IMG/VR virus record: IMGVR_UViG_3300040959_000809
DNA: 64,000 bases
Source of the DNA: a virus
Reading direction: 5' to 3' (one strand)
Under the pieces are notes generated by a model. The model saw nothing but the letters and a program-made list of their open reading frames with translations, did not search any database and was not told the origin of the DNA. Positions 50,301 through 60,093 of this stretch are shown one piece after another. Position 1 is the first letter of the stretch, and every line of letters starts with the position of its first letter. The position numbers and the translations under genes are program-made.

Positions 50301-51801
50301 CTAATTGGTCGTTATCAGTACCAGCACCACTTTCAGCAATAATTTTTGTATCTTGGTCAACATCAATAACACCACCAAGACCTGCCCATGCAGTACCTTT
50401 ATAACCTTCAAATTGATTATCAGTGGTATTATATCGGATCATACCTTGTTCAGCAGTTGGCCTATCATTAGTAGTACCAACAGGCAAAATTAATCCACCT
50501 GCACTGTTGACATCAACGACATTTGATGTTATAATAAGACTATCGTCTTTACCAATAATATTATCAAATGTTTGAGTGTAGTCTACCTCAAATTCGGTTC
50601 CTAATGAACCAGTTAAGGTAAGACCTCTACCGGCCGTAAATGTACCGGTACCTTGGAATTGTGAGTAAATAATACCATCAGAATCTAATTCAAATGTCTC
50701 TGCATCTGCAACGGTGGCAACCCAACCGGTTTGTCCATATGTACTACCATCAGTTACGAATACAGGGAATCCAGCAATTTCTTTTGTTTCATCTGTATAA
50801 ATTGGTCTTTGGAAAATCCAATCAGAAATACCATCACCAACCTGAATTAATTCATAACGGCCGTTTTCTATTGGATTGGTTTGATTTTTTACAAGAAGAC
50901 CATCACCAAGACTCCAATTAGTTACCCCATCGATATCTAAAATAAGAGATCTTGGAATTGTAAGAGTTGATGAAACATTTGTATTTGCTACCGCATCAAA
51001 TGGATTTTCAGCATATGTTGCGCCCAGATCACCAGTCGTGGCAGCTATAACAACAATTTTTTCAAATATATCTTCTTGAACTAAGTCTACATATCTTTTG
51101 TTAGCTGGATCTGTTGGATCGACCGGATCATCTAGTACTCTGAAACTGATTGTTAGATCATCAATCGTATTATCTAAATACCGTCTATTTACTGCATCCT
51201 GTGCATTTTCCGGATCATAGATATTGGATATTCTGTGGTTGTTTACATCTACCACACCACCAATTCTTGGGCTTAATGAGATATCTTGTGAACTTGTAAT
51301 ACGATTTTGAGTAAATGTAAGTTTGCCAACTTCAAAAGTATCTAGTCCTAAAAGAACATTTGATGATTCACCTGCGGCAATGGATGTATTACCAATAGTA
51401 AAATCTTTTGATCTGATTATGTTGCCGTTGGGTCCTGACTGGACCTCGAAGTGATATGACCAAAAGGTGCTATTATCAAATTGAGTAATATGACCAAATT
51501 GATCTATATCAATATTTGTAATAAAATCAAGTGGGTCATTAACTGTGCTAACGGCTGTAGTAGTATTGGCGTGGTGGATTACTACGTTTGCAGACTCAAT
51601 ACCGGTATTACCAGATACTGTGATACCTCGACCAGCTTCGAGATCTCTAATATAGCTTCCTACAGTATCGACACCAAGGGTAACTGAATCAGGTGTGATT
51701 ACAGGTTTTGATTGACCCTGTGCAACAATAGATCTTGTAGTATCCTGTTTTGGTGTAGCCCGTATAGATCTCGAGCCGCCAACTTTAACCTTAATACTCA
51801 T
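47386..51801 (-). CDS. Repeat-rich virion structural/fibre protein, 1,471 aa
   Basis: Duplicated LPVGxxxDRPxAExGMIRYNTTDxxFEGY and DGVTNWxxGDxxLVKxQTxPIxNGxY modules; QDAVNRRY and DAANKAYVD stalk motifs. Confidence 0.75.
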   Translation of the reverse strand: MSIKVKVGGSRSIRATPKQDTTRSIVAQGQSKPVITPDSVTLGVDTVGSYIRDLEAGRGITVSGNTGIESANVVIHHANTTTAVSTVNDPLDFITNIDIDQFGHITQFDNSTFWSYHFEVQSGPNGNIIRSKDFTIGNTSIAAGESSNVLLGLDTFEVGKLTFTQNRITSSQDISLSPRIGGVVDVNNHRISNIYDPENAQDAVNRRYLDNTIDDLTISFRVLDDPVDPTDPANKRYVDLVQEDIFEKIVVIAATTGDLGATYAENPFDAVANTNVSSTLTIPRSLILDIDGVTNWSLGDGLLVKNQTNPIENGRYELIQVGDGISDWIFQRPIYTDETKEIAGFPVFVTDGSTYGQTGWVATVADAETFELDSDGIIYSQFQGTGTFTAGRGLTLTGSLGTEFEVDYTQTFDNIIGKDDSLIITSNVVDVNSAGGLILPVGTTNDRPTAEQGMIRYNTTDNQFEGYKGTAWAGLGGVIDVDQDTKIIAESGAGTDNDQLDFFNSGNQTLRLDADGDFKFGDGLNKFTIDWATGDTNIGGTLSIGGGIGGSGLSAGNLTENRVIFVGSGGSLIDSNTLRFDGSTLTVDGDTDITGNLTLGGNITIGDANVDTIEVVADFTSNLVPNADLTYNLGAIGKQWNRIFTPEIKSDSEVVSIGTIGALKLPVGAVGDRPSAETGMIRYNTTDSRFEGYDGNIWAGLAGSVIDVDQDTKIVAESSPNADNDQLDFFTAGVQRARIDSSGDVRFGNGLNKVIINYNTGELNVNTKITSNADLFLEANGAVNASGTKITNVANPTSNTDVVTFDYLENGDFTRTLDILEGSNTYNMTLLENDPTFQIGLGLNAEFVNNALLIQLAPSGVSSGRYGNDGYTPRFTVDGFGRIIDATEVPFVLQSNAIVEFEEASQDITASQFRFGTHQGISYTYEDASANGVINSTIDDFVINVTGDMVGSNTVLSVSDVTIPLTANFNFVNDVQGEANGSIVVFHSQGVGSTATIMHGDTSVMGDTGFVNGTVIQNLTFDDYGHVQTAAAINLDARYLSLAGGVLTGNISAPRFIDSNNPNYYMDPHSESRVNRMHFGYGGSTTQLSFTDGSGTVSTMYAAGGRVGFLNNSFNYTAYAERATSNWVVPDGDVEAKRFVDIDNISYFLHPAGTDSLLNELEIDNSLTVGTTIDAGTSVQVNSNLTLTTNEIATVGESDLSLNPASNVVDVNSSLISNLLSPVAGTDAANKAYVDATAQGLRVIPSALAATTTDLGGTFDGDLRTITGPTNTPFALDGVTNWEIGDRVLVKDQTDPIQNGAYVLTQDGNAVDPARPWILTRGEYFNESDEIPGSFVFVTDGTVNNGTGWVAQVDDAELFTLNSDDINWYQFSGAGTYTAGYGLSITGTEFRVTNPFINFGSDAGVADEVRLGETLTLVGGEGIDTSHANNEITISAELASTTNIGAAAFSAANFNVSAGVVTVSQINGGAF

Positions 51802-51838
51802 TTGATGATCCGTCTCTAAAAATTGTGTTTAATTAAAT

Positions 51839-51846
51839 TATTTATA
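51839..51846 (-). promoter_or_regulatory. Late promoter
   Basis: Exact TATAAATA. Confidence 0.8.
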
Positions 51847-51857
51847 CACCTGATCTA

Positions 51858-53501
51858 TTATGCCATCTCCTTAATGTACATTGTATCGCCACAAATTCCA
51901 AATTGCATCCGAGCGGATTCGTTGCTATAAGCACTCATATCTACCCTAAGTTTATATGCAACAATATCTCCGGCATTACCGCCGTGTGTATCAACAAACA
52001 AAAAGTGTTGAGAACCATAATATGTGCTAGATGGTGGGAACACAAACTGTTTTAAATCAGTAGGATTTTGCCCGTTAATATTTCGTTCCAAAACAACAAC
52101 TATTTCAGACGCGTTGTTTGTCACGTTTGCGATTGATGCATCCAATTCAACTTTAATCCGAGTAAACCCTTCTGAAACTGTTAAACTAGTTTGTATATTA
52201 GGTCCGAGTCCATTATCGCCCGCGACAGCCTCACCTCTTAGATAACTACCAGATGTTGTAGTGATACCAGTAGAAAAGGTTGTACTCTTTCCGAAAATTC
52301 TGGAATCCTCATTGAATCTTTTTTGAAGTGGTAACCAACTACCACCATTGGAGAAAAATACCTCCTGGTCCGCATCACTTATTGCTACAGCACCATTATA
52401 GGTATTTGCACTAGGGAAAGCAAGTTGCGACCCATATTCAAACGGAATAACAGCGGTTGTGGTTGTGGTATTTCCTCTGGATATAACATTATCTAATGTG
52501 CTTGTTTCTGTATAGCTTGTGAGATAGCTAGATAAATCTGCAGGAGTAAATGTAAACACCCCATTGGCAGAATCATATGTAAGTGATGATGTACCAGCAG
52601 CGGCATTGGATACTGTGATTGACTTAATACCATTCACAAATGAATATGTTCCAGCACCGTTGGTCCCAAGAACTTGATCAGCACTACCTTCAGAAATTTG
52701 TATATCTGTAAGAGTAGTAGTTCCTGCTGGTAATGCATCTGTAATACCATAGCCTGCAAGTGTCGTTGGTGTGTTATTGGCATTTGCCCAATCCACATAG
52801 TAAGCACCATGTTGACCATCTAATGTATCCGCGTTTGTGTCACCAGTATCAACACCTGGCCCCCAGCTAGATCCACTCCATTTTAAAACCTCACCGACCT
52901 GTGGCGCGGTATTTGCTACATTTGATATATCACTTAATGCTACAGGTATAAAAGGTGTGTCCGTTAGGTCATTATATGATCCACTGAATGGAACCAAAAT
53001 ACCAGATGTGTCAGTTAAATCTGTAAGATCAACAGGAATAAATGGAGTATTAGCAAGATCACTATAATCTCCACTGAATGCATCAGTAATTCCATACCCT
53101 GCAATAGTGGTCGGTAAACCTATAAGACTAGTAAATTGACCGTCAAATAAATTTGGTGCATTATAAAGATTATTATAATCACCATTGAATGCATTTTCGA
53201 TTAGCTGATATAATGTTAAATCTGGTTTATCAGTAAGATTATCATAATCGCCGTCAAATGCATCTGTGATTCCATAACCAGCTATTGTTGTAGGTTTGTT
53301 TAAAACATCAATAAAATCTGTCTGTGCTCCGGAAAGAGAAGATAATAATTTGACTACTGATTCAACACCATCAACATCTTTTTTCATATAAAGCTCACCG
53401 TCTCTTGTATTAAGAGCGATTTCACCTAATTCAAGTTGAGCGGTAGTTGGTGCTTTGCCAGCCTGAGCACTTCTTTTATGTTGGATTGTTATATCAACCA
53501 T
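51858..53501 (-). CDS. Fibre-type protein, 547 aa, Mtd-N-like N-terminus with TTIAGYGITDA and FxGDYxxL repeats
   Basis: IQHKRSAQAGKAPTTAQLELGEIALNTRDGELYMK; 3 AGYGITDA and about 5 F-x-G-x-Y/F repeats. Confidence 0.75.
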   Translation of the reverse strand: MVDITIQHKRSAQAGKAPTTAQLELGEIALNTRDGELYMKKDVDGVESVVKLLSSLSGAQTDFIDVLNKPTTIAGYGITDAFDGDYDNLTDKPDLTLYQLIENAFNGDYNNLYNAPNLFDGQFTSLIGLPTTIAGYGITDAFSGDYSDLANTPFIPVDLTDLTDTSGILVPFSGSYNDLTDTPFIPVALSDISNVANTAPQVGEVLKWSGSSWGPGVDTGDTNADTLDGQHGAYYVDWANANNTPTTLAGYGITDALPAGTTTLTDIQISEGSADQVLGTNGAGTYSFVNGIKSITVSNAAAGTSSLTYDSANGVFTFTPADLSSYLTSYTETSTLDNVISRGNTTTTTAVIPFEYGSQLAFPSANTYNGAVAISDADQEVFFSNGGSWLPLQKRFNEDSRIFGKSTTFSTGITTTSGSYLRGEAVAGDNGLGPNIQTSLTVSEGFTRIKVELDASIANVTNNASEIVVVLERNINGQNPTDLKQFVFPPSSTYYGSQHFLFVDTHGGNAGDIVAYKLRVDMSAYSNESARMQFGICGDTMYIKEMA

Positions 53502-53516
53502 GTTTTTATCCTTATA

Positions 53517-53930
53517 TTAATACTGCCCACCATCCAAATTATCTCCATCGGTGATGCCGTTAGCATCGCCACCGATAATTGACCCAGATGATAAGTCGTT
53601 TGGATTTGTTATTGTTTCAATCACAAACGCAAGTCCCTCAACCACTTTAACCATTTCACCAGAAGTCTTTTTCATTAATACATCATACTGATATTTGCCT
53701 GGTTTCATAGAGCCAGTTACTTCATCGGATAAAATTAAGGTAATCGTAGCGTTAACAGTATCTTTTTCGATTGTAAAATCTGCGACCTTTGTGGACGAAT
53801 ACATTTTTCTTATTGTCGAATAAAATGTATAAGAGGCAATCGGCAGGTTATCTCCGTCTTCGTCATCCAATTCAATAACGATACGGAAATCCGAACTCTG
53901 ATCTATATAAACATTTGCTCTCGATGCCAT
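53517..53930 (-). CDS. Small Ig-fold virion adaptor (BppU-N / T5 p132-like)
   Basis: NVYIDQSSDF...ITLILSDEVT...KPGKYQYDVLM...KVVEGLAFV. Confidence 0.6.
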   Translation of the reverse strand: MASRANVYIDQSSDFRIVIELDDEDGDNLPIASYTFYSTIRKMYSSTKVADFTIEKDTVNATITLILSDEVTGSMKPGKYQYDVLMKKTSGEMVKVVEGLAFVIETITNPNDLSSGSIIGGDANGITDGDNLDGGQY

Positions 53931-53953
53931 TTTTTAAATCTCTTTTTTTCTTA

Positions 53954-53961
53954 TATTTATA
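53954..53961 (-). promoter_or_regulatory. Late promoter immediately downstream of a terminator
   Basis: Exact TATAAATA. Confidence 0.8.
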
Positions 53962-53989
53962 AACAAAAGGGCATCAAAAAGATGCCCTT
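53962..53989 (-). terminator. Intrinsic terminator after the collagen-like gene
   Basis: - strand AAGGGCATC-TTTTT-GATGCCCTT-TTGTTT, a 9-bp stem. Confidence 0.8.
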
Positions 53990-54021
53990 CCATGTACTAT
54001 ATTATAGGATGAACATTTGAA

Positions 54022-57000
54022 TTATTCTGATTTCAAATCCTCAACTTCCCCTTTGAGTTCCTTAATAGCTTCAATCAGAAGTCCTACCATATTACCATAG
54101 GCAACTGATTTCATTCCATCATCTTTTTCGGAGACAACCTCTGGTAAAACCGCTTCAACCTCTTGAGCAATTACACCGGCATGAGTTCTTCCGTCATCAC
54201 TGTTAATCTTGGTAAATGTTACACCTCTCATTGCGTTAACCTTGTCAAGCGCATTTTCGATGGTTTGTACATTTTCCTTAACTCTAGCATCAGATTCAGA
54301 AATAATGTCACCAGTTGCGGTAAAGTCACCATTACCCATATTCATGGTAAACTTGGCAGAACCAGCGACACCGAATTTAATATCGTAGCTATCGATTGCT
54401 GTGTCAAAGTTAAGATGTGAACCATCAAAGAATAAGTCATAATCTGAACCAGTACCTAGTTCTAAATTAACATTATCATTAAGTTGAATTGCCGTTGCAG
54501 GATCAAGACCACCACCGCCTCCAGCAGGAGCAACAGTGAAGCTTGTAAATGCCCAATTATCAAAATTATCACCTGAAGCGTTATCCTGTTGAATTTTAAT
54601 TTCAACACCAGCTGGTGAATCAAAAATGACAGCAGTACTTGCAATCGTTTGCAACGTTGCTATTTCAAGTTCTTTCTTATACCATACGTTTGAAACATCA
54701 GCAACGCCAGAAATAACACCAAGATCAATCCAGCTTGCATCTCCTGTATTTTTTGCATAAAGCTTAAGATCTTCACCTGCTTCAGGGGAGTCGCCCCATC
54801 CACCACCACCTTTATTACTCCAGAATACAAGCTTATCAGAACCGACAAAATTAACTGGAATAGTATATTCAAGGGATCTTGCACCAGTACCGGAGCCATT
54901 CATGGTGACAATAGGAGTTCCTGTCGGAACCGTGTCAGTAGGAGCCAGGCCGCTGACAGCGGATACAGTTGTAAAGGTCATCGATCCAGCTGAAATTGTC
55001 CAGTAATTTTCATCCTCAACAGATATATCAAACCCACCAGATGGGCCGGAATCAATACCAGTTACCGTACCATTTACTGTAATATCATTAACTACAAGAT
55101 TACCTTCACCGCTTAGAGATGCAGTAACAGTATCTGCTGTATTTCTAAAGTTCATTGTGAAGTTTGAGTTATTAAAGGCAGCATTCATATCGGTGCCGTC
55201 AAAATACATTTCAAAGTCGTCACCGGTTCCAAAGAACAATTTAGCATTATCAACTAAATTTATGGTTGCGGTAGAACTATCAATATCGACACTACCATCA
55301 ACTGTAATCTTATCATAAGTATGTATGTTCTCAACATTTAATTCATCAACCGAGGATTGATAATAGAAGTTTGAATCACTACCTGGGTTTGGACCAATGG
55401 TTGCATACAAGTCTCTCGGATTTGCCGCTGTTCCATCAAAGAATGGAATAAACATGTTGGTTGACTGAACGGCAACTGTCTGATCATGGATATTAGTAAC
55501 AAAGATTGCGTTAGCAGATCCATCAGCACCCTGCACACCTTGGAAACCGTCATAACCTTGTAGACCAGCCTCACCTTGTAGACCTTGAAGGCCTTCACCA
55601 TCAACACCAACAGTACCTTGAATACCTTGTGCACCTTGTATACCGGTAATACCTTGCACACCTTGTATGCCAGTAAGACCTTGAATACCTTGGAAACCAG
55701 TAAGACCTTGAGCACCATCCTCAGATACAAGAGCATTTTCACCTGCTTCACCTTGCATACCTTGCATACCCTGGAAGCCATCAATGCCTCCACCGGTATA
55801 ACCTTGAATACCCTGAATACCGTCATTACCTTGGACACCTTGAACGCCACTGCCAACAGTACCCTCTTCACCTTGGACACCTTGCCAACCTTGCATCCCT
55901 TGGATACCTTGGGTTCCGCCACCGTCATTACCGGTAAGACCTTGGACACCCATTCGACCCTGGACACCTTGTGGTCCTTGAGTACCTTGAATTGCCTGGT
56001 CACCTTCGATACCTTGAACACCTTGAACACCTTGAACACCTTGAATACCTTGAGTCCCTGGATCACCGGCACCGTTCCCACCCTGGAAACCAGTAATACC
56101 TTGGAAACCTTGGAAACCCTGAACACCAGGATCACCAAATCCAGGAACACCTTGAGTACCTTGGAAACCTTGGAGACCTTGAGTACCATTGCCTTCAGGA
56201 CCTTCCTCACCGATCAAGCCTTGGAAACCTTGTGTACCTTGAGTACCTTGGAAACCATCCGAACCAGTACCAAAGCCACCTTGTACACCCTGTATACCTT
56301 GGTTACCGTCATTACCTTGGAAGCCTTCATTACCTTGAGCACCATCAGATCCTTGGAAACCTTGAGCACCCTGGACACCTTGAGCGCCTAACCCAGCACC
56401 ACCGTCATTACCTTGGAAACCTTGGATACCAAGATCACCTTGAACACCTTGGATGCCTTGTGGACCTTGGATACCAGGTTGACCCTCGCTACCTTGGAGA
56501 CCTTGGAGACCTGTAACACCGTCACCAGCCTCACCTTGGAGACCTTGAGTTCCTTGCACACCTTGTATGCCTTGAAGGCCTTCGCCGACAATACCTTGAA
56601 CACCTTGAACACCCTGGACACCTTGTACACCTTGTACTCCTGGATCCCCAACAAAACCTTGGACACCCTGAACACCACCGCCGCCTTGAATACCTTGCGG
56701 GCCTTGGATACCTTGAGTACCTTCACCAGGAGGTCCTTGTAAACCCTGTACTGATTGTGTACCTTGTGGGCCTTGAACACCTCGGTCACCAATATCACCA
56801 GTTCTAGCAAATGTAATTCTTACATCTGTTCCATCTGGTAGTGATGTGATTGAGCCACTTAAATATGTAATATCAATTACGTGGTATGAACCAACCTCAG
56901 TTGAAGCGGAAATTGTACCAAGTGCAAAGTTTTGTGGGTTTGCACCTTCAGTTAGTTTCCAGTGACCTTTAATAGTAGAGGTAGAATCATCAATTGTTCT

Positions 57001-60000
57001 AAGATAAGATTCAATAGAGGTAAAGTTATCATCTCTTTCGTTCATTACCAACAATGAAGCTGAGGACCATGTAGAGTTATTAAATCTTAATTTACCAACA
57101 CCCGGATCGCCTACAGCAGTACTTGAAGAGAATGTATAGTCAAATGATACACCACCAAAGCTACCTGAAGGTCCTTGAGGACCTAAGTCACCTTGAACAC
57201 CCTGAACACCCTGAACACCTTGAGGACCAAGATCAGAAATATCCATTTGGCCAACCATTGTGCCATGGAACTGACATTGATAATATAATGTGTCAGGTGC
57301 GTCACCAGGAACTTTAAAGAATATTTGTCCTACCTGCGCACCGTTATTGGTAACACCATTGTTGTACTGGTCACCTGTACCTGTACCTGGATCTGTTTTA
57401 ATGTAGAATGGGTGGCCCGAAGCATTTACATTAAAGACATATGTAAAGCCTCTTAAAAGCCGTAATGTTGGATTGTTGGTTACACCATCAATTTCCCATG
57501 CAGAACTTCCATCATTAACAACCTGATATGTTCTGTTGCCTTCAAGACCTTGGAACCCCTGGAAGCCTTGTGTTCCTTGTGTTCCTTGGAAACCTTGTGG
57601 GCCAAAGTCACCTTGGACCCCTTGGTTACCCTGCACACCAGTATTACCTTGAACACCCTGTGCTGATTGGACACCTTGAACACCTTGTAAACCTTGGAAA
57701 CCAAGATCACCTTGAGCACCCTGTATACCTTGTACAGATTGAGGTCCTTGAGCACCCTGGAATCCCTGAGTACCTTGTATGCCTTGTGTTGCCTGTACGC
57801 CTTGTACGCCTTGTGTTCCTTGGTCACCAGTTCTTGTAAATGTAACTACTACTTCAGGATTGGTTGTAAAGTATGCCGATGTTCCGTTACCAGCAATAAA
57901 TGTACATCCAACAGTAAAATATGTTGGTACTTCTGACAAGCTATCAATTTGGTAAATCACAAAGATTGAAGGATCTACTACCGAAATAACTTTAAAGTAA
58001 CCTTTGACTCCACTTGTGGAATCATCAATGGTTCTTAAAAATGCATCCAAATCATTTCCGGTTGCATCCTCATCTGATATCCGCATATTTGCCGCAGTGG
58101 CAAGTACTGCATTATCAAATTTAAGATTACCAGCTAATGGATCTGAAACCGCAGTATCAGATAGGAAGTTATATTCAAAGGTCATCCCACCGTAGGCGCC
58201 AGTATAGCCTCTAAGGCCTTGTGTACCTTGGATACCTTGAACACCCTGGACACCAGTATCACCCTGGATACCTTGAACACCTTGGATGCCTCGGTTACCT
58301 TGGAAACCCTGAGTACCCTGAGAACCTTGAAAGCCTTGGACACCCTGGTTACCAGTGAAACCTTGGACACCTGTATCACCTTGAACCCCTTGCGGACCTA
58401 ATGTACCAGCAGGGATAAAGTTAATAATAGTGCTATTACCATATACATTAGCAGCACCAGTGTTCCAGTTAGTTCCTGGAGAAGCGTCTGTTCCACCTAA
58501 TAGCGAACTTGCAACCCATTGAACATCAAAATGACCCCAGTCCTTACCAGTTCCGGTTGGACTCCATGTCCAGTCAAGAATGTTATAGATTACAAATTCG
58601 TAATCATCAGTAGATTGATCTTTTAATGTTCTTACAAAAATTTGACCTTTTGCAGGATTACCAGCAATTGAATCAAGATAATCAAATAGACCATCGACTC
58701 TTCTACCAGTTTCTGTAAGATCATCAATGTAGAGTTTATCAGCTGTTGTAACATTAGTATTGTTAAGTAACCAACTATTTAATCCTGGGAAACCTTCACT
58801 AGTTGAAGAATTCCAAATCCAAGTAAATGTTAGACCACCGTTATAACCTGTATGTCCCTGGATACCTTGGAAACCATCAAAGCCCTGAATACCAGTATTG
58901 CCTTGAACACCTTGAACACCTTGTGGTCCTTGAATACCATCGAAACCTTGAATACCAGTATCACCTTGGACACCTTGAATACCTTGGTCGCCAGTTCTGA
59001 TAAACGAAATTCGTACGTCAGTACCATTGGCAAGTGATGCGGCTGCGCCGATGTTTGTTGTAACATTAAGTACGTGATAACCTGCTGAGGAAGTACCTGT
59101 AAGAGAACCACTTACTATTTCGTATACAAAATAATTATATACGTTTGTTGCATCAGCAATCTTTAAATAGCCTTTACTATTTGGATTGGATGACTCGTAA
59201 AATTCTTGTAGCAGTCCGTGTACGTTAACACCATCTGCATCTTCAACATCAATATAGAGTTGTGTTGAATCGCCAAATACACCGTCGCTACCTTTAATGA
59301 TTCCAGCGCCTGGGTCTGTATTTGTAATATCTGTCTGATTATATGTATATCTTAAGCTTACGCCACCGTATTGACCGACGACTCCTTGAATTCCTTGAGT
59401 GCCATCATAGCCTTGAATACCAGTATCACCTTGGACACCTTGTACTCCCTGAACTCCTTGGACACCTTGAAAACCTAATGAACCTTGAATACCCTGTGTT
59501 GATTGAACACCTTGGATACCTTGCACACCTTGGTTACCTCTGACACCTTGGTTGCCTTGTACTCCCTGGAGACCTTGCACACCTTGGTTACCACGATAAC
59601 CTCGTGAGCCTTGGATACCTTCTTCACCAATTGTACCTTGATTGCCTTGAACACCTTGTACACCTTGGAAACCTTGAACACCTCTAAAGCTACCAATGTT
59701 AACCCAAGTACTTCCGTCATAAATCCAAAGTTCATCATCTGCTTGGTCAATAACACCTTCGCCAAGATTAGCAGATGGGAAAGCAGTATTTAAAGTCGCT
59801 TGTGGATCACCACCAGCATCAACATCAGGAACAGACCCTATAATAGTAAAACCAGGGCCATAATCGCCCTGAACACCTTGGTTGCCGTCATTACCTTGTA
59901 TACCTGTGGTACCTTGCGGCCCTGCCCCAAGATCCACCCATGCAGTTCCGTTGGAGTATTTTAAATCTCCATTTTCTGCATAAACGATAGCACCTTCAAA

Positions 60001-60093
60001 GGGTACCGGATCTAAATTGATAGGAAACGCCTGGGGTATTCCATGCCCAAGCGTTTGTGATCTTCCTCGTAGTGACTTAAATCTGCTTGCCAT
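54022..60093 (-). CDS. Collagen-like (Gly-X-Gln) tail fibre, 2,023 aa, with C-terminal S74 chaperone
   Basis: Long QGVQGxQG runs separated by globular domains; ESDARVKENV...HAGVIAQE...VAYGNMVGLLIEAIKEL. Confidence 0.9.
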   Translation of the reverse strand: MASRFKSLRGRSQTLGHGIPQAFPINLDPVPFEGAIVYAENGDLKYSNGTAWVDLGAGPQGTTGIQGNDGNQGVQGDYGPGFTIIGSVPDVDAGGDPQATLNTAFPSANLGEGVIDQADDELWIYDGSTWVNIGSFRGVQGFQGVQGVQGNQGTIGEEGIQGSRGYRGNQGVQGLQGVQGNQGVRGNQGVQGIQGVQSTQGIQGSLGFQGVQGVQGVQGVQGDTGIQGYDGTQGIQGVVGQYGGVSLRYTYNQTDITNTDPGAGIIKGSDGVFGDSTQLYIDVEDADGVNVHGLLQEFYESSNPNSKGYLKIADATNVYNYFVYEIVSGSLTGTSSAGYHVLNVTTNIGAAASLANGTDVRISFIRTGDQGIQGVQGDTGIQGFDGIQGPQGVQGVQGNTGIQGFDGFQGIQGHTGYNGGLTFTWIWNSSTSEGFPGLNSWLLNNTNVTTADKLYIDDLTETGRRVDGLFDYLDSIAGNPAKGQIFVRTLKDQSTDDYEFVIYNILDWTWSPTGTGKDWGHFDVQWVASSLLGGTDASPGTNWNTGAANVYGNSTIINFIPAGTLGPQGVQGDTGVQGFTGNQGVQGFQGSQGTQGFQGNRGIQGVQGIQGDTGVQGVQGIQGTQGLRGYTGAYGGMTFEYNFLSDTAVSDPLAGNLKFDNAVLATAANMRISDEDATGNDLDAFLRTIDDSTSGVKGYFKVISVVDPSIFVIYQIDSLSEVPTYFTVGCTFIAGNGTSAYFTTNPEVVVTFTRTGDQGTQGVQGVQATQGIQGTQGFQGAQGPQSVQGIQGAQGDLGFQGLQGVQGVQSAQGVQGNTGVQGNQGVQGDFGPQGFQGTQGTQGFQGFQGLEGNRTYQVVNDGSSAWEIDGVTNNPTLRLLRGFTYVFNVNASGHPFYIKTDPGTGTGDQYNNGVTNNGAQVGQIFFKVPGDAPDTLYYQCQFHGTMVGQMDISDLGPQGVQGVQGVQGDLGPQGPSGSFGGVSFDYTFSSSTAVGDPGVGKLRFNNSTWSSASLLVMNERDDNFTSIESYLRTIDDSTSTIKGHWKLTEGANPQNFALGTISASTEVGSYHVIDITYLSGSITSLPDGTDVRITFARTGDIGDRGVQGPQGTQSVQGLQGPPGEGTQGIQGPQGIQGGGGVQGVQGFVGDPGVQGVQGVQGVQGVQGIVGEGLQGIQGVQGTQGLQGEAGDGVTGLQGLQGSEGQPGIQGPQGIQGVQGDLGIQGFQGNDGGAGLGAQGVQGAQGFQGSDGAQGNEGFQGNDGNQGIQGVQGGFGTGSDGFQGTQGTQGFQGLIGEEGPEGNGTQGLQGFQGTQGVPGFGDPGVQGFQGFQGITGFQGGNGAGDPGTQGIQGVQGVQGVQGIEGDQAIQGTQGPQGVQGRMGVQGLTGNDGGGTQGIQGMQGWQGVQGEEGTVGSGVQGVQGNDGIQGIQGYTGGGIDGFQGMQGMQGEAGENALVSEDGAQGLTGFQGIQGLTGIQGVQGITGIQGAQGIQGTVGVDGEGLQGLQGEAGLQGYDGFQGVQGADGSANAIFVTNIHDQTVAVQSTNMFIPFFDGTAANPRDLYATIGPNPGSDSNFYYQSSVDELNVENIHTYDKITVDGSVDIDSSTATINLVDNAKLFFGTGDDFEMYFDGTDMNAAFNNSNFTMNFRNTADTVTASLSGEGNLVVNDITVNGTVTGIDSGPSGGFDISVEDENYWTISAGSMTFTTVSAVSGLAPTDTVPTGTPIVTMNGSGTGARSLEYTIPVNFVGSDKLVFWSNKGGGGWGDSPEAGEDLKLYAKNTGDASWIDLGVISGVADVSNVWYKKELEIATLQTIASTAVIFDSPAGVEIKIQQDNASGDNFDNWAFTSFTVAPAGGGGGLDPATAIQLNDNVNLELGTGSDYDLFFDGSHLNFDTAIDSYDIKFGVAGSAKFTMNMGNGDFTATGDIISESDARVKENVQTIENALDKVNAMRGVTFTKINSDDGRTHAGVIAQEVEAVLPEVVSEKDDGMKSVAYGNMVGLLIEAIKELKGEVEDLKSE

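Noticed and set aside
18879-51687. Many + strand ORFs of 60-170 aa opposite structural genes (e.g. 18879-19325, 20323-20691, 31775-32275, 45970-46473)
   Set aside because: They are fully nested antisense to strongly supported genes, lack an RBS or motifs, and are expected from codon bias.
55338-59793. Long antisense and alternative-frame ORFs (e.g. + 55585-56391, - 55338-56210)
   Set aside because: They are shadows of the Gly-X-Gln codon repeat, which lacks stops in other frames; low complexity and no RBS.
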